This document shows positions 38,810 through 52,330 of a stretch of DNA of 64,000 bases, in pieces (the first letter of the stretch is position 1; the number at the start of each line of letters is the position of its first letter). A program made the position numbers and the translations under genes. A model generated the notes under the pieces. It worked only from the letters and a program-made list of their open reading frames with translations. It ran no database searches and was not told the DNA's origin. This stretch comes from Lama glama (taxonomy: Eukaryota). The DNA lies in the NCBI GenBank assembly GCA_028534125.1, contig CM052816.1, positions 18,974,001 through 19,038,000 on the forward strand. The letters are read 5' to 3'.

Positions 38810-40725
38810 AAGTCCGGTTCAGCACAGAAGGAACAGGCAAAATCACCTATCTACGTCTTTCCCTGAAAGGAGTTTGACTACATACTTTACAAGCTACTGC
38901 CTAAGGGTCCAGCTTCAAATCAGCCTCCATCTAGGGACTGACTGTGATTCTCCTCCCCTTTGGGACACTGATGGGTTTTGGCATGACTTCAACTACCAGG
39001 AGCCACTAAGAAAAAAGTAGGCTCCCTGGGCAAACAAAAAAACCTCAAGTAGACAAAGCAATCTTGAGAAAGAACAAAGCTGGAGGCATCAATGTCCCAA
39101 TTTCAAACTCTATTACAAAGCTATAGGAATCAAAACAGTATAGTATTGCCATAAAAACAGACATGTAGATCAATGGAACAGAAAAAAAAAAGCCCAGAAA
39201 TAAATCCATGCATATATGGTTAATTACTTTTCAACCAAGGAGCCAAGAATATGCAATGGGGAATGGACAGTCTTGTCAATAAATGGTGTTGGGAAAATTG
39301 GGTATTCTCAGGCAAAAGAATGAAACTGGACCCCTATCTTACAGCATACACAGAAATCGACTCAAAATGGATGAATGAATTGAACATAAAACATGAAACT
39401 ATAAAACTCCTAGAAGAAAACATGAGGGGTTAAGCTCCTTGACATTGGTCTTGGCAATAATGTTTTTGGATCTGACACCAAAAGTAAAGGCAACAAAACC
39501 AAAAATAAAAAAGTTGGACTACATCTAACTAAAAAGGTTCTGCGCAGCAAGGAAATCAACAATACAGTGGGAAGGCAACCTATGGAACAGGAGAAAACAT
39601 TGGTAAACCATGTGTCTGATAAGGGGTTAATATTTAAAATATGCAAGGGACTCATAAAACTCAATAGCAAAAACCCAAAATAACCCAATTTTAAAATGGG
39701 CAAAGGATCCAAATAGACTTTTCCCCAAAGAAGACATACAAATGGCCAACAGATATACAAAAATGTACTCAGTATCACTAATCATCAGAAAAATGCAAAT
39801 CAAAACTGCAATGAGCTATTACCTCATACTTGTTATGATGTCTATTGTCAAAAAGACAAGAGATAAGAAATCCTGGTGAGAATGTGGAGAAAAGGGAACC
39901 CTTGTGCACTTTTGGTAGGAAGATGGAAACACAGGATATTCCTCAAGAAATTAAAAATGGAACTACCATATGATCCAGCAATTCCATTTCTAGGTATATA
40001 TTCAAAGGAAATGAAATCAGTATCTGGAAGAGATATCTGTACTCCCCTGTTCATTGCAGTGTCATTCACAATAGCCAAGACATGGAAACAACCTAAGTGT
40101 CCATCAACAGATGAATGGATAAAGAAAATGTGGTGTGTGCATGTGTCTGTATACATATATATAATATATATTATATATACAGAATCGAATATTATTCAGC
40201 CTTAAAAAAGAAGGGAATCCCATCATTTGTGACAACATGGATATACCTGGAGGGCATTATGCTAAGCAAAATAAGTCAGACAGAAGAAAAAAAATACTGC
40301 ATGGTATCACTTACACGTGGAATCAAAAAAAAAAGTTTAACTTACAGAAACAGAGAGTAGGATGGTGAAATGGTGGTTGCCAGGGGCTGGGGATGCAGTA
40401 GGAAAGATAGGGAGAGGCTGGTTAAAAGGGAAGAAACTTTCTAACTGAAAGTTTAGATGAGTAAGTTCTCAGGAGCTAATGTATAACATGATGACTGTGG
40501 TTGATAATACTGCATCATATCATTGAAATTTGCTAAGAGAGTACAACTTAAGTATTTTTAGCAATATTTAGATAGATAATGATGGACATGTTAATAAACT
40601 CCATATTGGAAATTCTTTCACAGTGTACACATACATCAAATCATCCCTTTGAAGTTGTACACTTTAAATACATTATAATTTTATTTGTCAATTATACCTC
40701 AATAAAGCTGAAATAAATGAAATAA
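38810..40725 (+). mobile_element. L1MA9-like LINE: putative 5' UTR fragment joined to decayed ORF2 C-terminus and 3' UTR
   Basis: ORF2-like remnants ([46 protein letters not shown]) with frameshifts; 3' UTR gaaatttgctaagagagta...tatacctcaataaagctg. Confidence 0.9.
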
Positions 40726-40726
40726 C

Positions 40727-41032
40727 ACTAATAAGCTCATTTCTTGTTAACATATAACATTTTTATGAAAAATAACTATCTTTCAAAACAAAAAATTAGT
40801 GAGAAGGGTAACAGTGCTTCACATTTAAAAAATCTCTTTAATATGTGGCTTAATAGAAGACAACTAGATTCATGTATCTACTTTTGCATTGAAGCTGATC
40901 TGATGTGTTGTTGCAGTATATAAAAATGGAGTCAAACAAAATATGTAGCTGGAAAAGCAAAGACTTTGCAGACCCCATGTGAGGTCTCAGGGACCCCCAG
41001 CGGTTCTTGGAACATACTTTGAGAACCACTGG
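40727..41032. mobile_element. Charlie1-type hAT fragment
   Basis: aaaaattagtgagaag...ggcttaatagaagaca...ctcagggaccccc...actttgagaaccactg. Confidence 0.75.
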
Positions 41033-44000
41033 GCTAGAAAGTGCTGAGAGTACTGGCCACCGGAGTGGGACTGTCAGCCCAGAGGCAAGGAAGGGGCAGG
41101 AGAGGATGGCTTGCAGGTTGAAGCCATTGGCCTGGCTCTTCGGAGGGTCTGCCAGACGAGAAGGTAAGAAGCCAATTAAGGGCCTGAGTTTCTACAGGTA
41201 GCAATAGGTGGAGCAGAACTTGGGGCCATATGGGCTTCGGACACCAGCCTCCAGCTCTGTCCACTTACCCCGCACAGTAAGTGCTAAAAATGGGTATTTA
41301 AGACAATCTTTACTTTGAAGCACCTTTACACCATTCATTTGTAAATCTGCTTATCAGGTGCTGAGGTCTTAGTCAAAGCTAAATGCCCTCGGACTCATCC
41401 CATGGCATCTGCAAAGGTCGGATCAGCAAGAATTTCAGCCTTATCCCAGGTTCCTGACGGCTTCAAAACAACAAAGACTCAGTTCTAATGACTTTAGGAC
41501 CAGAGGTGGCAATGAATGGGGACATTTCTATGGGGGTCCAGGTATTAGACCAGAAGTGTCACCCAGAATGCCTCCTGTGACTGTGGGTGCCCTTCTGCTC
41601 CTGTTCAGCTTCCTTGAGGGGAGACTTAGAGGCAGGAAGTTTTTGTGAATCTTACACAAAATGTGCACAGAGGGAGAGGCAGTGGGCTTTGGGATGCAAG
41701 GAATGAAGGCTGAGGTCTGGGCAGAACCTCCTCTTTCACAAGTCCCAGTTGCTCTGCTATCACCAGCCCTTGACAGCTCCCATCCAGGGACTCACATTGC
41801 TCTTCTCTGCCCACATGAGAAATTCAATACCATCAGCCCATAGTTCAACAGAGCAGCCTCATCACAAGGGTCCCTCAAGCCCTCTGGTTTCTTAGCCACC
41901 AACTTCAGCTCCAGGACTTTGGTCAAGCTTTCAAGGATTCAGACCCTTCCTCTGCCTGGGCTTTGAGGCATGCAGCCCCCAAGCTGCATGCAGACCACCA
42001 TTTGGGGCTCATGAGGAGTAAGCCCAGTTTAAGTACTTAATGTCTTACCACTGAGACATCCTGCATGGTCCACCTGCAATGCCCCTGAGCCTCTGTCGAC
42101 ACATGCCCTCCTTGGATCTATTGCCCACAGGATGGAATCTCTGCTGCCCTGGTCTGACACTATTACAGGGACTGGCAGGTGCTGCCAAGTCCTGGTGTTC
42201 TGGGCAGTCTGTTTCCACTTGGGGACAATGAGTGCAAATTTAACTCTTGTTACCAGGACACACCTCTGCGTGCACTTCTAATGAGGCAGTACACATACAC
42301 ACACCCTCACAAGCTGTTACACTGCGGACACGCTGCAGCTTTCCAATGAGAGAGGATTTCAAGGGTGTATTTTTATAAGGAAGAACCGACATAAGCATCA
42401 TTCTTTGTTATTTAAATTTCATGAAAATCAGCTATAGATGGTGTGTAATTGGGCACAGAATAGGGCCCAGAATATATTCTGAAATAACTGGGACCCTTTC
42501 ATCAGGTTATATATGAAGAAAAAAAAGTCAAAGAAAAGAGAAATCTCCGTGCAAAATAATGAACTATTTGAAGGAAGAAAAAAGAAAGACTGGGGATCAA
42601 GCACGTCTGGGAGAGTATTCAACGGGCCGCTTTTGAGCAGTTGCTTTGGGAGTGGGGGTGACAGTCAGCCTGGGTTGGGATGGTTATTGGTTAACCTGGG
42701 CTCAGAATTAGGCTGTGGACTGAACTTCAATCAGGAACCAGGGCCAGGCAAGTGAAAACACAGAAGCTCCTGAAGGTGGGCCAGGTGACCCAGGTCCTGT
42801 GTGAGGACAGGAAGGGCTGCAGGTCTGACCCTTGGTCCTCTGTCCTTTGGGCCCCCGGAGGCAGTGTGCCTCTTGGCCAGGCACCCAGGTGATTTGGAGG
42901 TATGACTCCAGAGCGGGCCTGACTCACGAAGAGACACTGACGAGCTCTGTACTCAGACGTCCACTAACAGGCCCCCTCTCCATCACCAGCCAAGGTGGAG
43001 ATGTGGGAGGCTGGCCCTACTCTCCCCTAAACCCCTGACTCCATGTGTTAACAGTACAGTTTTTCATCTGCTGTCTGCCCGCCCAGCGTACACCTGGACC
43101 TGAGACTGTCCTTCCCCTGAACGTCTCTGATCCCATCTGCCTCACAGGGAAGATTATGCCTCTTGAAAAGGTTGATGGGAGGATAACATAGGATGCAGTG
43201 CCCAGTACAGTGCGGCCACATGATAGGCATTGAGTGCAGGGTCGTCTTCCCTGTCTGTCAGCCCAGTCCCCTCCACTTGTTCCCTGCTTCTCCACTGGCG
43301 ATCTGCAGCTGGACCTCTTTTCAAGGCTGGGTGCAGTCCTGAGGGCTGGCTGTGGTGGACACCCTGAGACCCACCGAGACAGCAGCTTCAGAGCGGATGC
43401 CCAGAGTCCATGGGGAAACTGAGGAGCTGAGAAGCCCCCAGGAAATGAGCATACCACTGCTACTGCCACTGCTGGTGCAACTGCCACCAGCTCCCCGTAC
43501 CGCCTCCAGAATGCCCCTGTCTACTCTCCTTCATCTCTTGGGGACCAACTGTGTGCCTTGGGGTGCCTGGTCCCAAACATGCCCCAGGGCACTGCTCTGT
43601 GAGAACACTAACTCTACCCAGACAGTGTGAGGCCAGCCAGTGCAGGAGGAGTTTAGTGCTCCCCCAGCCCTCAAGCTCCTGCCCAGGACCCTCCTGTCCT
43701 AGTGGTGGTCACAATGAATTGCAATGGCTTCCCTATTGGACCGTGAACACTGAACACACAGCTCACTGCACAGGCCTTAGTACTCAGCAGGCGTCCCATC
43801 AGCGTCTGCTAAAAGGACAGTGAAAAGGACAGCTCTTGCTCTGAAAGTGCCGGCACCTCCCCGTGAGTCTGGGATGGGCGGGCAGACCTTGGGGTCTGGA
43901 GCTCAAAGTGCAGTACCACGGACGGCAGAGTACGGAGCAGGGTTCGAGCGCCATCTACCGACATCTTGGCAGACCAGCAGGAAAAGGCTGACCACGCTGG

Positions 44001-46225
44001 GGATCCCAGCACTTCCAGGACCGCCCTGCAGCTGTGATGTCAACCTCGGGTTTTGAGGCTGCTACTGAATCCATGCTCCAAATACTCTACACACTGCCTC
44101 GCGATCACCAGCAGACGCGGCCTCCTCGTCGAGAAAAGAAGGGTGGGTCCCAGGAGTGAGTAAGAAGTCCTGAATTGCGTTAAGAATACCCAAGAAGGGG
44201 CTTCTCTTCCACCAGCTTCTCTCCAGGGCAGGAATTCCCCAGAAACTCTCCTCACTGGGAGGCCTTGAGCAGGAGTCCATGATTGCAGTTACTGCAGAGC
44301 CGAGGTAAGGGCCTGCTTCCTGGGGGGACCAGGACAGACTTAGGGCTGATTCCAGCTCTGTTCCTTTCTAGCTGTGTGATTGAGGACTTGATACTTACCC
44401 TCTCTGTACCTCAGTTCCCCCACCTGAAAACGAGCCACCTGACAGCACCTACCTTATAGGGCTACTACAAAGATGAAAAATCTTATCTGTAACCCAGATG
44501 CCCCGATACTCACTGCTCCAAAGGTTCAGGCTTCCCTTTCATGCCTACAGAGCATAAGAGACCCAGCCTTCAGCTTACTCGGTCATAGTATGGCTGCTCT
44601 TATCAGGTTCCCCTCCCCAGTGTTGCTGAGAGTCTGCGGGTTGAATTTGCCCTTCCCTCAAATCCTGGCTGCTACTATTCTCTTGTTTCACCTCCTGACT
44701 CAAGTTCCCCACCCTCCTTTTCTCCAGTGACCCCTTGCCACCTCATAACAAACTTTCTCAGTCCCTGCTGAGCCCCAGAGTCCCCCACTCCAAATGCTGC
44801 CAGGGATGCTCCTCCAATACCCTAAAGCCCAACTAGAACCAGGCTTGCTGGAAAGAATAGCAGGAGGGAACCACGGAGCATGATGGAAAACCCCACTAGC
44901 TCCTGGGTGTGGCCAGGCTCAAAGTCCTAAATCCAACGGCAGCCCCAGGTTCCTCCTGACCCACCGTCCCTGGGGTCCCTGGCTGGCACTTCCTCCGCAT
45001 GGGAGAGCCCCAGCCATGTTGCACTCCCCCAACCCTAGGAACCTCCAGCTTTCTGCCACCCAAGAGGGAAATTGATTACTTTTTATTTCTGCAAGCAGAC
45101 TGGCAAGAGACACAGTTCTGCCCCGAATGAAGACAACCTTTTATATGATTATACAAAACAAAACTCTGAAGTGTCTTTATTTTGTTGCCTGGAAGCTCTC
45201 CATCCCAGAAGAGCATCTTGGCTTTTCCTATAGAAAATCAAATGCCCTGTTAGTTATTTTCCCTCTTTCAGAAAACAAAGGAAGAGCTTGCTCTCAAAGT
45301 TGTCTCCTACAGGAACTAAAAATCGAATAACAATAGTTAACACTTAATGCCTGTTTCCTGCCGTAAGCCCTTTGCCTGTTTTATCTCTTTGAATCTTCAC
45401 ACCGACACTGGAAGGCAGTCGCCAGCCACTTGGTCTCCATTTTATAGAGGAGGAAAAGAAACAAGGAGGTTATGGGACTCCCCCAGGGCCCCACAGTTAG
45501 TAAGTGTCTGAATGCAGATTCAAACCCAGACAGTCTGGCTTCTTAAAGCTTCAAGTCGGCAGCACTGCTTCAAGGTCAGAGCAGAGATCTGAAGTCTCCC
45601 CCTCTCTACCCACGTCTAGCCATCCAAGATTGTGGAGTCCAGTATCATCCGGAGCGCCCTATTACAAACGTGGGTGTCACATGCTTAGTGCGATGACTGC
45701 AACATGGTGGGGGGGTGCCCAGCATAAGGGGCAAGCGACTGGGTCCTGAAAGGCCTGTATCTGGGCAGTGGTGCAGCCTGAGACGCAGCCTCCCCGAGTC
45801 ATCCCCGACGGCACAGGGGAGGGTTCCTGAGGAAGGCATTTGTGAGCCCTGTGCAGCTCTATAGCTCACACCGCTCCACTGCTGGAAGCCCTCCTGCAGC
45901 TCAGTGTTGCCCTGGGATACAATCCAAACCCTTCATCACAGCCCATAAGGCCCTTCGGGGACTGCCTGTGCCCTAACTGGTTTTCTAGCCTCCTCCCCAC
46001 ACCCTCTCTCCTGCTCACAGATGATTCCCGACCAGCCAAGTGGCTGCTTCTGGGCATTTGCACTTAATGTCTGGTGCCTGACTTCATTCAGCCTCCTGTG
46101 AACCGAATCTCTTTGGGGCCTTTTCTGACAGCGTCACTGTCCCCAATCGTAGCTACACACCCATCACTGCTCCTTCCTTTCCTGACTCTCTGGAATGCTA
46201 GCTCCCTGAAGGAAAGCTTCCTGAC

Positions 46226-46717
46226 TGTGGAAAGCTGAATAATGGCCCCAAGACATTTTCACTTCCTAATCCTGGAACCTTTGAATGTCACCTGATATGG
46301 CAAAAGAATGAACAATAACTTGTATGGCAAAGGTGTGATTAAATTATGGATCTTGGGGTGGTGATATTAGCCTGGATTATTCAGGTAGGACAAAATGCAA
46401 TCACAAGTATCTCTATAAACGGGAGGCAGAGGGAGGCACATACACAGAGGAGGGGGTCCTATGCAGAGGGAGCAGAGCTTAAAGATGCTGGCCTTGAAGT
46501 TTGGAGTCATGCAGCCACAAGCCAAGAAATGCTGGCAGGCCCCAGCAGTGGGAAAACACAAGGAAAGGTTTCTCTCCTACTGCTTCTGAGGGGCGCGTGG
46601 CTCTGCTAACACCTTGGTTTCAGCCCTGAGATACTGCTTTCAGACTCCTGGCTTCCAGAATGGCACGGGCTGAGAGTCTGTGGCAGATTGTTACAGCAGC
46701 CATAAGAAACTAGTGCA
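46226..46717 (+). mobile_element. MLT1D/MLT1C solo LTR nested in L2 (L2 about 45865-46815)
   Basis: tgtggaaagctgaataatggcccc...cctaatcctggaacctttgaatgt...tgttacagcagccataagaaacta. Confidence 0.85.
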
Positions 46718-46814
46718 CCAACACACTTGTTTACTACTGAATCCTCAGGGCCGAGCCCGGTGCTCAGCACACAGTAGGTCCTTGATAAGTGTGTGCTCGA
46801 TTATTGAATGAAAG

Positions 46815-47140
46815 AAACTACACCTAAAGCAAAATATTAGAAAATAAATGGGATAGAAACAAAATTAAGCAGGCAAGCATTAACCAAAAGAAATACAGTA
46901 CCACTATCTTATGAGACTAAGGAAACAGTAAGGCAAACGTTTACCAATGGGGAATGTGTAGGCACCTAATAGCATGATCTGGAAATAGATAAAGCCAAGT
47001 TTGACAGGATTAAAATGGAAAAGAGATAAGAACATGATGGATAGTAGATTATATTGTTCCTTTCAAAAATGATTAGGTCAAGCTAGCAATGAATAAGATG
47101 GTAGATATGAACTTCACAATTAGCAGCTGGATCTAATAAA
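46815..47140 (+). mobile_element. Very old L1 ORF2 (endonuclease region) fragment
   Basis: aaccaaaagaaa...gtgtaggcacctaatagca...cacaattagcagctggatctaat. Confidence 0.5.
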
Positions 47141-48164
47141 TGAGTGAATGGGACGAGAGGCTGAAGGCAGCCCACGGTTCGGGGGCTGAGAGGAGAGACT
47201 GCAGGGGCCACTTAGGGGCCGGGGGTTGGAGCCGGGCCCAGAAGTCAGAATAAAGGAGGGGTGCAAGGGGTGAAGGGTAAGCTTCGGAGAGAGCAGAGAC
47301 GTGAAGGGGGCATCTCAGTCTATGCCTGCGTTTGTAGCCTGCCCATCACTGGCAAGCTCTTGGACTTTAGGCAAGTGAGGGGACTCTCTACACCTCGGTT
47401 TTCTTCCTCATAAGATGGGCATGACAGGTGGATATAAAATAGTCGTCCAGGAGGTTCAATAAGACAACAAACCCAGGGCACTTGGCACACAGTAAATACC
47501 GAGTAAATGGCAGCCCTTCATTGAATTTGAGACTGGGATGAAATGCACAGGCATGTGAGGTGAGCCTGCCTGCTCGGAGGCTAACGGGGAGTGGGAGCCT
47601 GAAGGTTTTCCTCTAGCCAGCATCCAGGTTCCTGTCAGTGTTCCCACTGACTGAGCTCCAAGGAGCACCCCCAGGTTTCCTGCCTAGGGTCCTGGGGAGA
47701 CCCTAGACAGCTCCCCTCCATTCCCAAGGGCCAGACCCACCTCTCCTGAGGGGTCCCATCAGGCCCCAGGGCTGTCCAGGAGCTAAAAGTCACAGACTTT
47801 GAAGATAGATTCCATTTATCATGTGCCCTTGGATGAATGACTTAACTCCTCCGTGCCTCAGTTCCTCCATCGGTAAAATGAAGGTAATAAGGCCCCTACT
47901 TCATAGGACTACTGAAGGAATGTAATTAGTGGGTACATGTCAAGTGTTCACAGCTGGGCCCGCCACACAGTCTCAGGACCAGAGACCAGAGACCAGGAAT
48001 CACTGTAGCAGGACCAGCCTAGACAGGTCACCCCAGGATGTCTGGCCCCCACTCACCAGTAGAACTTTGAGCCTTTGTGGTGATTTCTGTTAATTGGTCC
48101 TGTGGGGAATCCCATACTAAAGAAAAATCACATCTTGGTATAGGAGGTTACCACACACCTCACA

Positions 48165-48395
48165 CAAAGTCTGCAAACTCAAAGGCTTACAGGAGCCTAG
48201 AATGTAAAACAGCTGGGTGAGATGGGCTGGAGGGAGATGGGGCAAAGGGGGACTGAGGGTCCAGCTCATCTTGAGGGCGAGACTGGTGCCCTGTGGGAAC
48301 AGGAGTCCCAGGTGTCCTCATTTTCTGACTTTTCAAGAGAAGCTGCAAAGAAGGTTTCTATTTCCAGACTCCTGATTTTAAAATGTTGACAACTG
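48165..48395. mobile_element. MER102-like hAT-Charlie fragment
   Basis: gcaaactcaaaggcttacaggagcc...tctgacttttcaagagaagc...ctcctgattttaaaatgttgacaact. Confidence 0.6.
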
Positions 48396-48589
48396 AGACA
48401 AAGTACTTAAAATACCATACTCTGTGCCCCAAATTATCCCCCAGTTTCTTGTTTGAGGAAAGAGAATCCACAAGGCAGAGGTGCCAAGTCCTGGTGTCTC
48501 CCAGCTAGACTGGGGTGCTTGCAGATTAGAACAGCTTTCCCTAAGGATCACAATGGAATTGAATTCCTTGGGGTGAAGCACCATAAACT

Positions 48590-49106
48590 TCTTTTTAAAT
48601 TGAGGTATAGTTGATTTACAATGATGTATTAGTTTCAGGTGTACAACATAGTGCTTCAACATTTTTATAATTATACTTCATTTATAGTTAATATAAAATA
48701 TTGGCTATATTCCCTGTGCTGTATAACATAGCCTTGTAGTTTATTTTATAAATTGTAGTTTGTACCTCTTAATGCCTTAGCCCTCTTGTGTCCCTCACCC
48801 CTTCCCTCTCCCCACTGGTAACCACTATTCTGTTCTTTATATCTGTGAATCCATTTCCTTTTTATTATATTCATTTGTTTTATTTTTTTAATTTTAAAAT
48901 TTTATTTTTTAATTTGTTTTATTTTTTAGATTCCACATATAAGTAATAACATACAGTATCTGTCTTTCTCCATCTGACTCACTTCACTAAATATAATACC
49001 CCCCAGATCCATCCATGTTGTTGGAGATGGCATTATTTCATTCTTTTTTATGGCTGAGGAGTATTCCATCGTGTGTGTGTGTGTAAGATGTGATCTTTAT
49101 CCATTC
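48590..49106 (-). mobile_element. Laurasiatherian-type L1 3' end
   Basis: aattgaggtatagttgatttacaat...ttagtttcaggtgtacaacatagtg...ccccactggtaaccacta...gattccacatataagt. Confidence 0.9.
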
Positions 49107-49494
49107 AACTCATAACCAATTTGAATGTCCATGCAGCTGTGTGTTTGCAACAAACAGACCAAATTAGAGTTGTGACATTAATCATTTCAACAATGACAGC
49201 AAAACACCACTGATGAATGAAAAGTTGTGTGTTTGATTTTCTTAAATGATGGTATTGGGAAAAAAAAATCAGTTTGTAGTGAAAAATCTCCAGGCCCTCA
49301 CATTTGTGGAGTAAAGAATGAAAGAGAGGGAGGAGGGAAGATGTAGGCCTGTCACTCACACCTCTCAGGGTACCTGTGCCACCAAGAGGGAGCAGGGGCT
49401 CTGAAGGAGTGAGGTGGGGGAGTTCTGGCCCTGAATGAGTCTGAGGCAGTCTGCACCCCACCCCCCAATCCGAGCACCTGCCTCTACATATACA

Positions 49495-50183
49495 GGCATG
49501 AGTCCAGCAGTCGTGCTCCTTGATGTTCACTCAAATGAGTTAAAGGCATTTGTCCACCCAAACACCTGCTCACAGATGCTTATAGCAGCTTTACTCATAA
49601 CTGCCCCAAATTGGAAGCAACCAAGACATCCTTCCATTGGTGAATGCAGTACACCCAGATAATGGAAGATTATTCAGCACTAAAAGAAAACAAGTTATCA
49701 AACCATGGAAAGACATGGAGGAAACTTAAATGCATATAACTAAGTGAAAGAAGCCAATCTGAAAAAAGCTACATACTGTGCGATTCCAACCATATGACAC
49801 TCTGGAAAAGGCAAAACTATGGAGCAATAAAGATGGTTGCCAGAAACAGAGGGGAGGGAGGGACGGATGAATAGACAGAGCACAGAGGACGTTTAAGGCA
49901 GTGGAAGTGCTCTGTATGATAATATAATGTTGATACCTGTCATATATTTGCCAAAACCCCACAAAAGGTGCAGCACCAAGAGTGAACCCTGATGTAAACT
50001 ATGGGATTTGAATGACAATGATGTGTCAATGCAGATTATAACACATGCATCCCTCTGGTGAAGAATGGTGACAGTGGAGGAGGCTGTGTGTTTAGGGAGA
50101 GGGTGTATATGGGAATTCTCTGTACTTTCTGCTCATTTTTGCTGTGAACCTCAAATTGTTCTAAAAAATAATTTTTTTTTTAA
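49495..50183 (+). mobile_element. L1MC1-like 3' UTR
   Basis: aagacatggaggaaacttaaatgcat...ctggaaaaggcaaaactatggag...accaagagtgaaccctgatgtaaactatgg...tgctgtgaacct. Confidence 0.85.
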
Positions 50184-51879
50184 ATGCAGGCAAGACCTTT
50201 TGAGCACACAAAAGTTGCCCAACAGTGCCCCCTAGCACCCACAAACTATGAACTTTCTTACAGAGAGTAGGGCTTGGAGGTTTTTTTATGTATCCAAGAG
50301 CAAGACACTAAGGGAAATTTTGATTCTCTGAGCTGCGATTATTGATAACTTGGGTGTGTTGGGAGTTAGAGGGAAGGGGAGAGGGAGGGAAGGAGAGGCA
50401 GACTGCGGCTGGTACTCACTAAGCCCTAGCCCTGGTGTTTTAGCTGGGTTCCCAGGCAGGCCAGGCCATGGCTTGTACTGAGGGCTCGCAAAGGCTGCCA
50501 AGCTGAGTGGAGAGCCCCCCCGGCTTTACTGGAAGGCATTGGAGGCACCCTGTGGTCTGTGGCAAGCCTCGCAGCTGCAGGCTTTGCCTCCAAATGGCTG
50601 AACCGCAGCGGTCGTGGGCCTCACCTAGAAACCCTGCAGATCTGCAAGGCGTGTCTACTGCCAATGGGCCCACAGTGGTGGGGGGGCATTCCAGTGCCAG
50701 GCCTGCCGATCGCAGGCAGAGGACCACACTTACATAGCAGGGGCATGTGGGGTCAATGGCCACCAAAAAGAAACAGCCACGTACTGGGCCACTGGGTGAC
50801 AGCTCCAAGCAGGCCTGACTGGTGATTTACGCTTCATGAGGTGACGCGGTCCCAGGGAGCCTCTGGAAAACCACTTGGAGGAGAGCACTGTGGGCAGGAT
50901 TTCTCATTTTCTCATCACTTTTCCATTTTCATGATATAGCTCCCCCCTGGGGCCGAGGGAAGGGGAAAATGCTTTTTATATTATATTAGTGACCATGTGG
51001 AAAAGACATCTTTCCCAGGACATTGGGTTCAGGCCGAAGACGCACATTGGTAAAGCACATGTGAAAAATGTCATGCGTGGAGGGTATGAAATATTTGTTG
51101 TCGTGGCTCGGGCTAGTTTGGTGAAATATCATAAGACAGACAGGGAGAGTGATGTTAAGAGGAAGAGACCCCTGGGGAGAACGTGGGCTGCTGGCCTCAA
51201 GGACACCTTCACAGAGCAGGGTCCTGGACTGTGTTTAGAAAAGAGGCAGGCCCGGCTGCACTACACGCTCATGTTTGCTGGACTTGCAGAAAGAGTACCT
51301 CGAAGGCGTGCAGAAAACTCCTGATCACGCTTACCTGTTGAGAAGGGTGAGAGACTCTGAACTCTACTCCTTTTTTTTTCTTTTCAAAGATTGTGAACTA
51401 GGTGACTATATTACCTTTTTCAAACATTACCTAAAAATAAAGCAAAAAGTCTTTCACCTGTGAGCCTGCGTCTCAGAACAGACTCGAACATTCAGAGAAA
51501 TACTGCATCTTTTGACTAGAAAATCATCGCAAACGTCCTCCCTCCAGACATCCCTTTCTCTGTACCAACGACTGGCCGCCAGCCACCCTCGTGCACACAG
51601 AGGCCTGTACCGAGCTGAGTCCAGAAGCACGGCAGCTTCCACAGGCAGCGCCCCCTCTCTCCAGGAAGCCTTCCCCCAGCTAAACCACCCTCCTCATGCT
51701 GCTGTTTTAGGCTATCCCCTTGCTCTGCACCCTCAGAAGATGGAGGACTGATCGTGGGGCTTTTCACCACAGCAGTCCCAGGGAGTCTGCCTCCCTCCGT
51801 GTGAATAAATCTACAGCACCAGAGCCCAGCCCTGAGCTTTCACACCCTGGAGGAGTGGGCTAGCAGGCAGAGAAAAGAA

Positions 51880-52330
51880 TACACTCAATTGTCTCCCAAT
51901 ATCTGGTCTCCCCTTCTCCTATATTAGGAGAGCGCCCCCATTTGAACACTAAGCACATGGCCACCCAGCCTCCCCTGCAGCTAGGTCTGGCCCCAGCTAA
52001 GGCCAGGCCAAAGGATGTGAGCAGAAGTGATGGGGGCATCTCCAGGTCATGCCTCTATAGGGGAAGGATATGCCACGGGCTTTTCTCTCTGCCTCACTCT
52101 CGCCAGTTGGGATGCAGACGTGGGGGGAAGAGCCATTTGGACCCACATGGATGAGGGCAACACTTTGGGGTTGGCAGAGAGACAGGTCAGAGGGAGCTCA
52201 GGCTGTTGACAATGGAAGCAGCAATACGAGCCCTGGACTGCTTACACCTGGCCTACTAAGTAAGAGAGAAGTACATTTGCCTCTCCTTGGGGCCACTGCT
52301 TTAGATCTGTGTTAAACCAGCCAAACCTTC
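51880..52330 (+). mobile_element. MLT1J-like LTR
   Basis: cccagcctcccctgcagctagg...gatgtgagcagaagtgatg...gccctggactgcttacacctgg. Confidence 0.65.

Noticed and set aside
39251..40360. ORFs with real protein-like motifs ([22 protein letters not shown])
   Set aside because: Frameshifted L1 ORF2 remnants, not host genes. The same applies to the ORFs at 5840-6779 and 55112-55735.
47978..47999. GACCAGA x3 short tandem repeat
   Set aside because: Ordinary slippage repeat with no context suggesting function.
51640..51665. CTCF-like AGAGGGGGCGCTG on the minus strand
   Set aside because: Only the 3' half matches; it lacks the CCA(C/G) half of the core, so it is too weak to call without a matrix scan.
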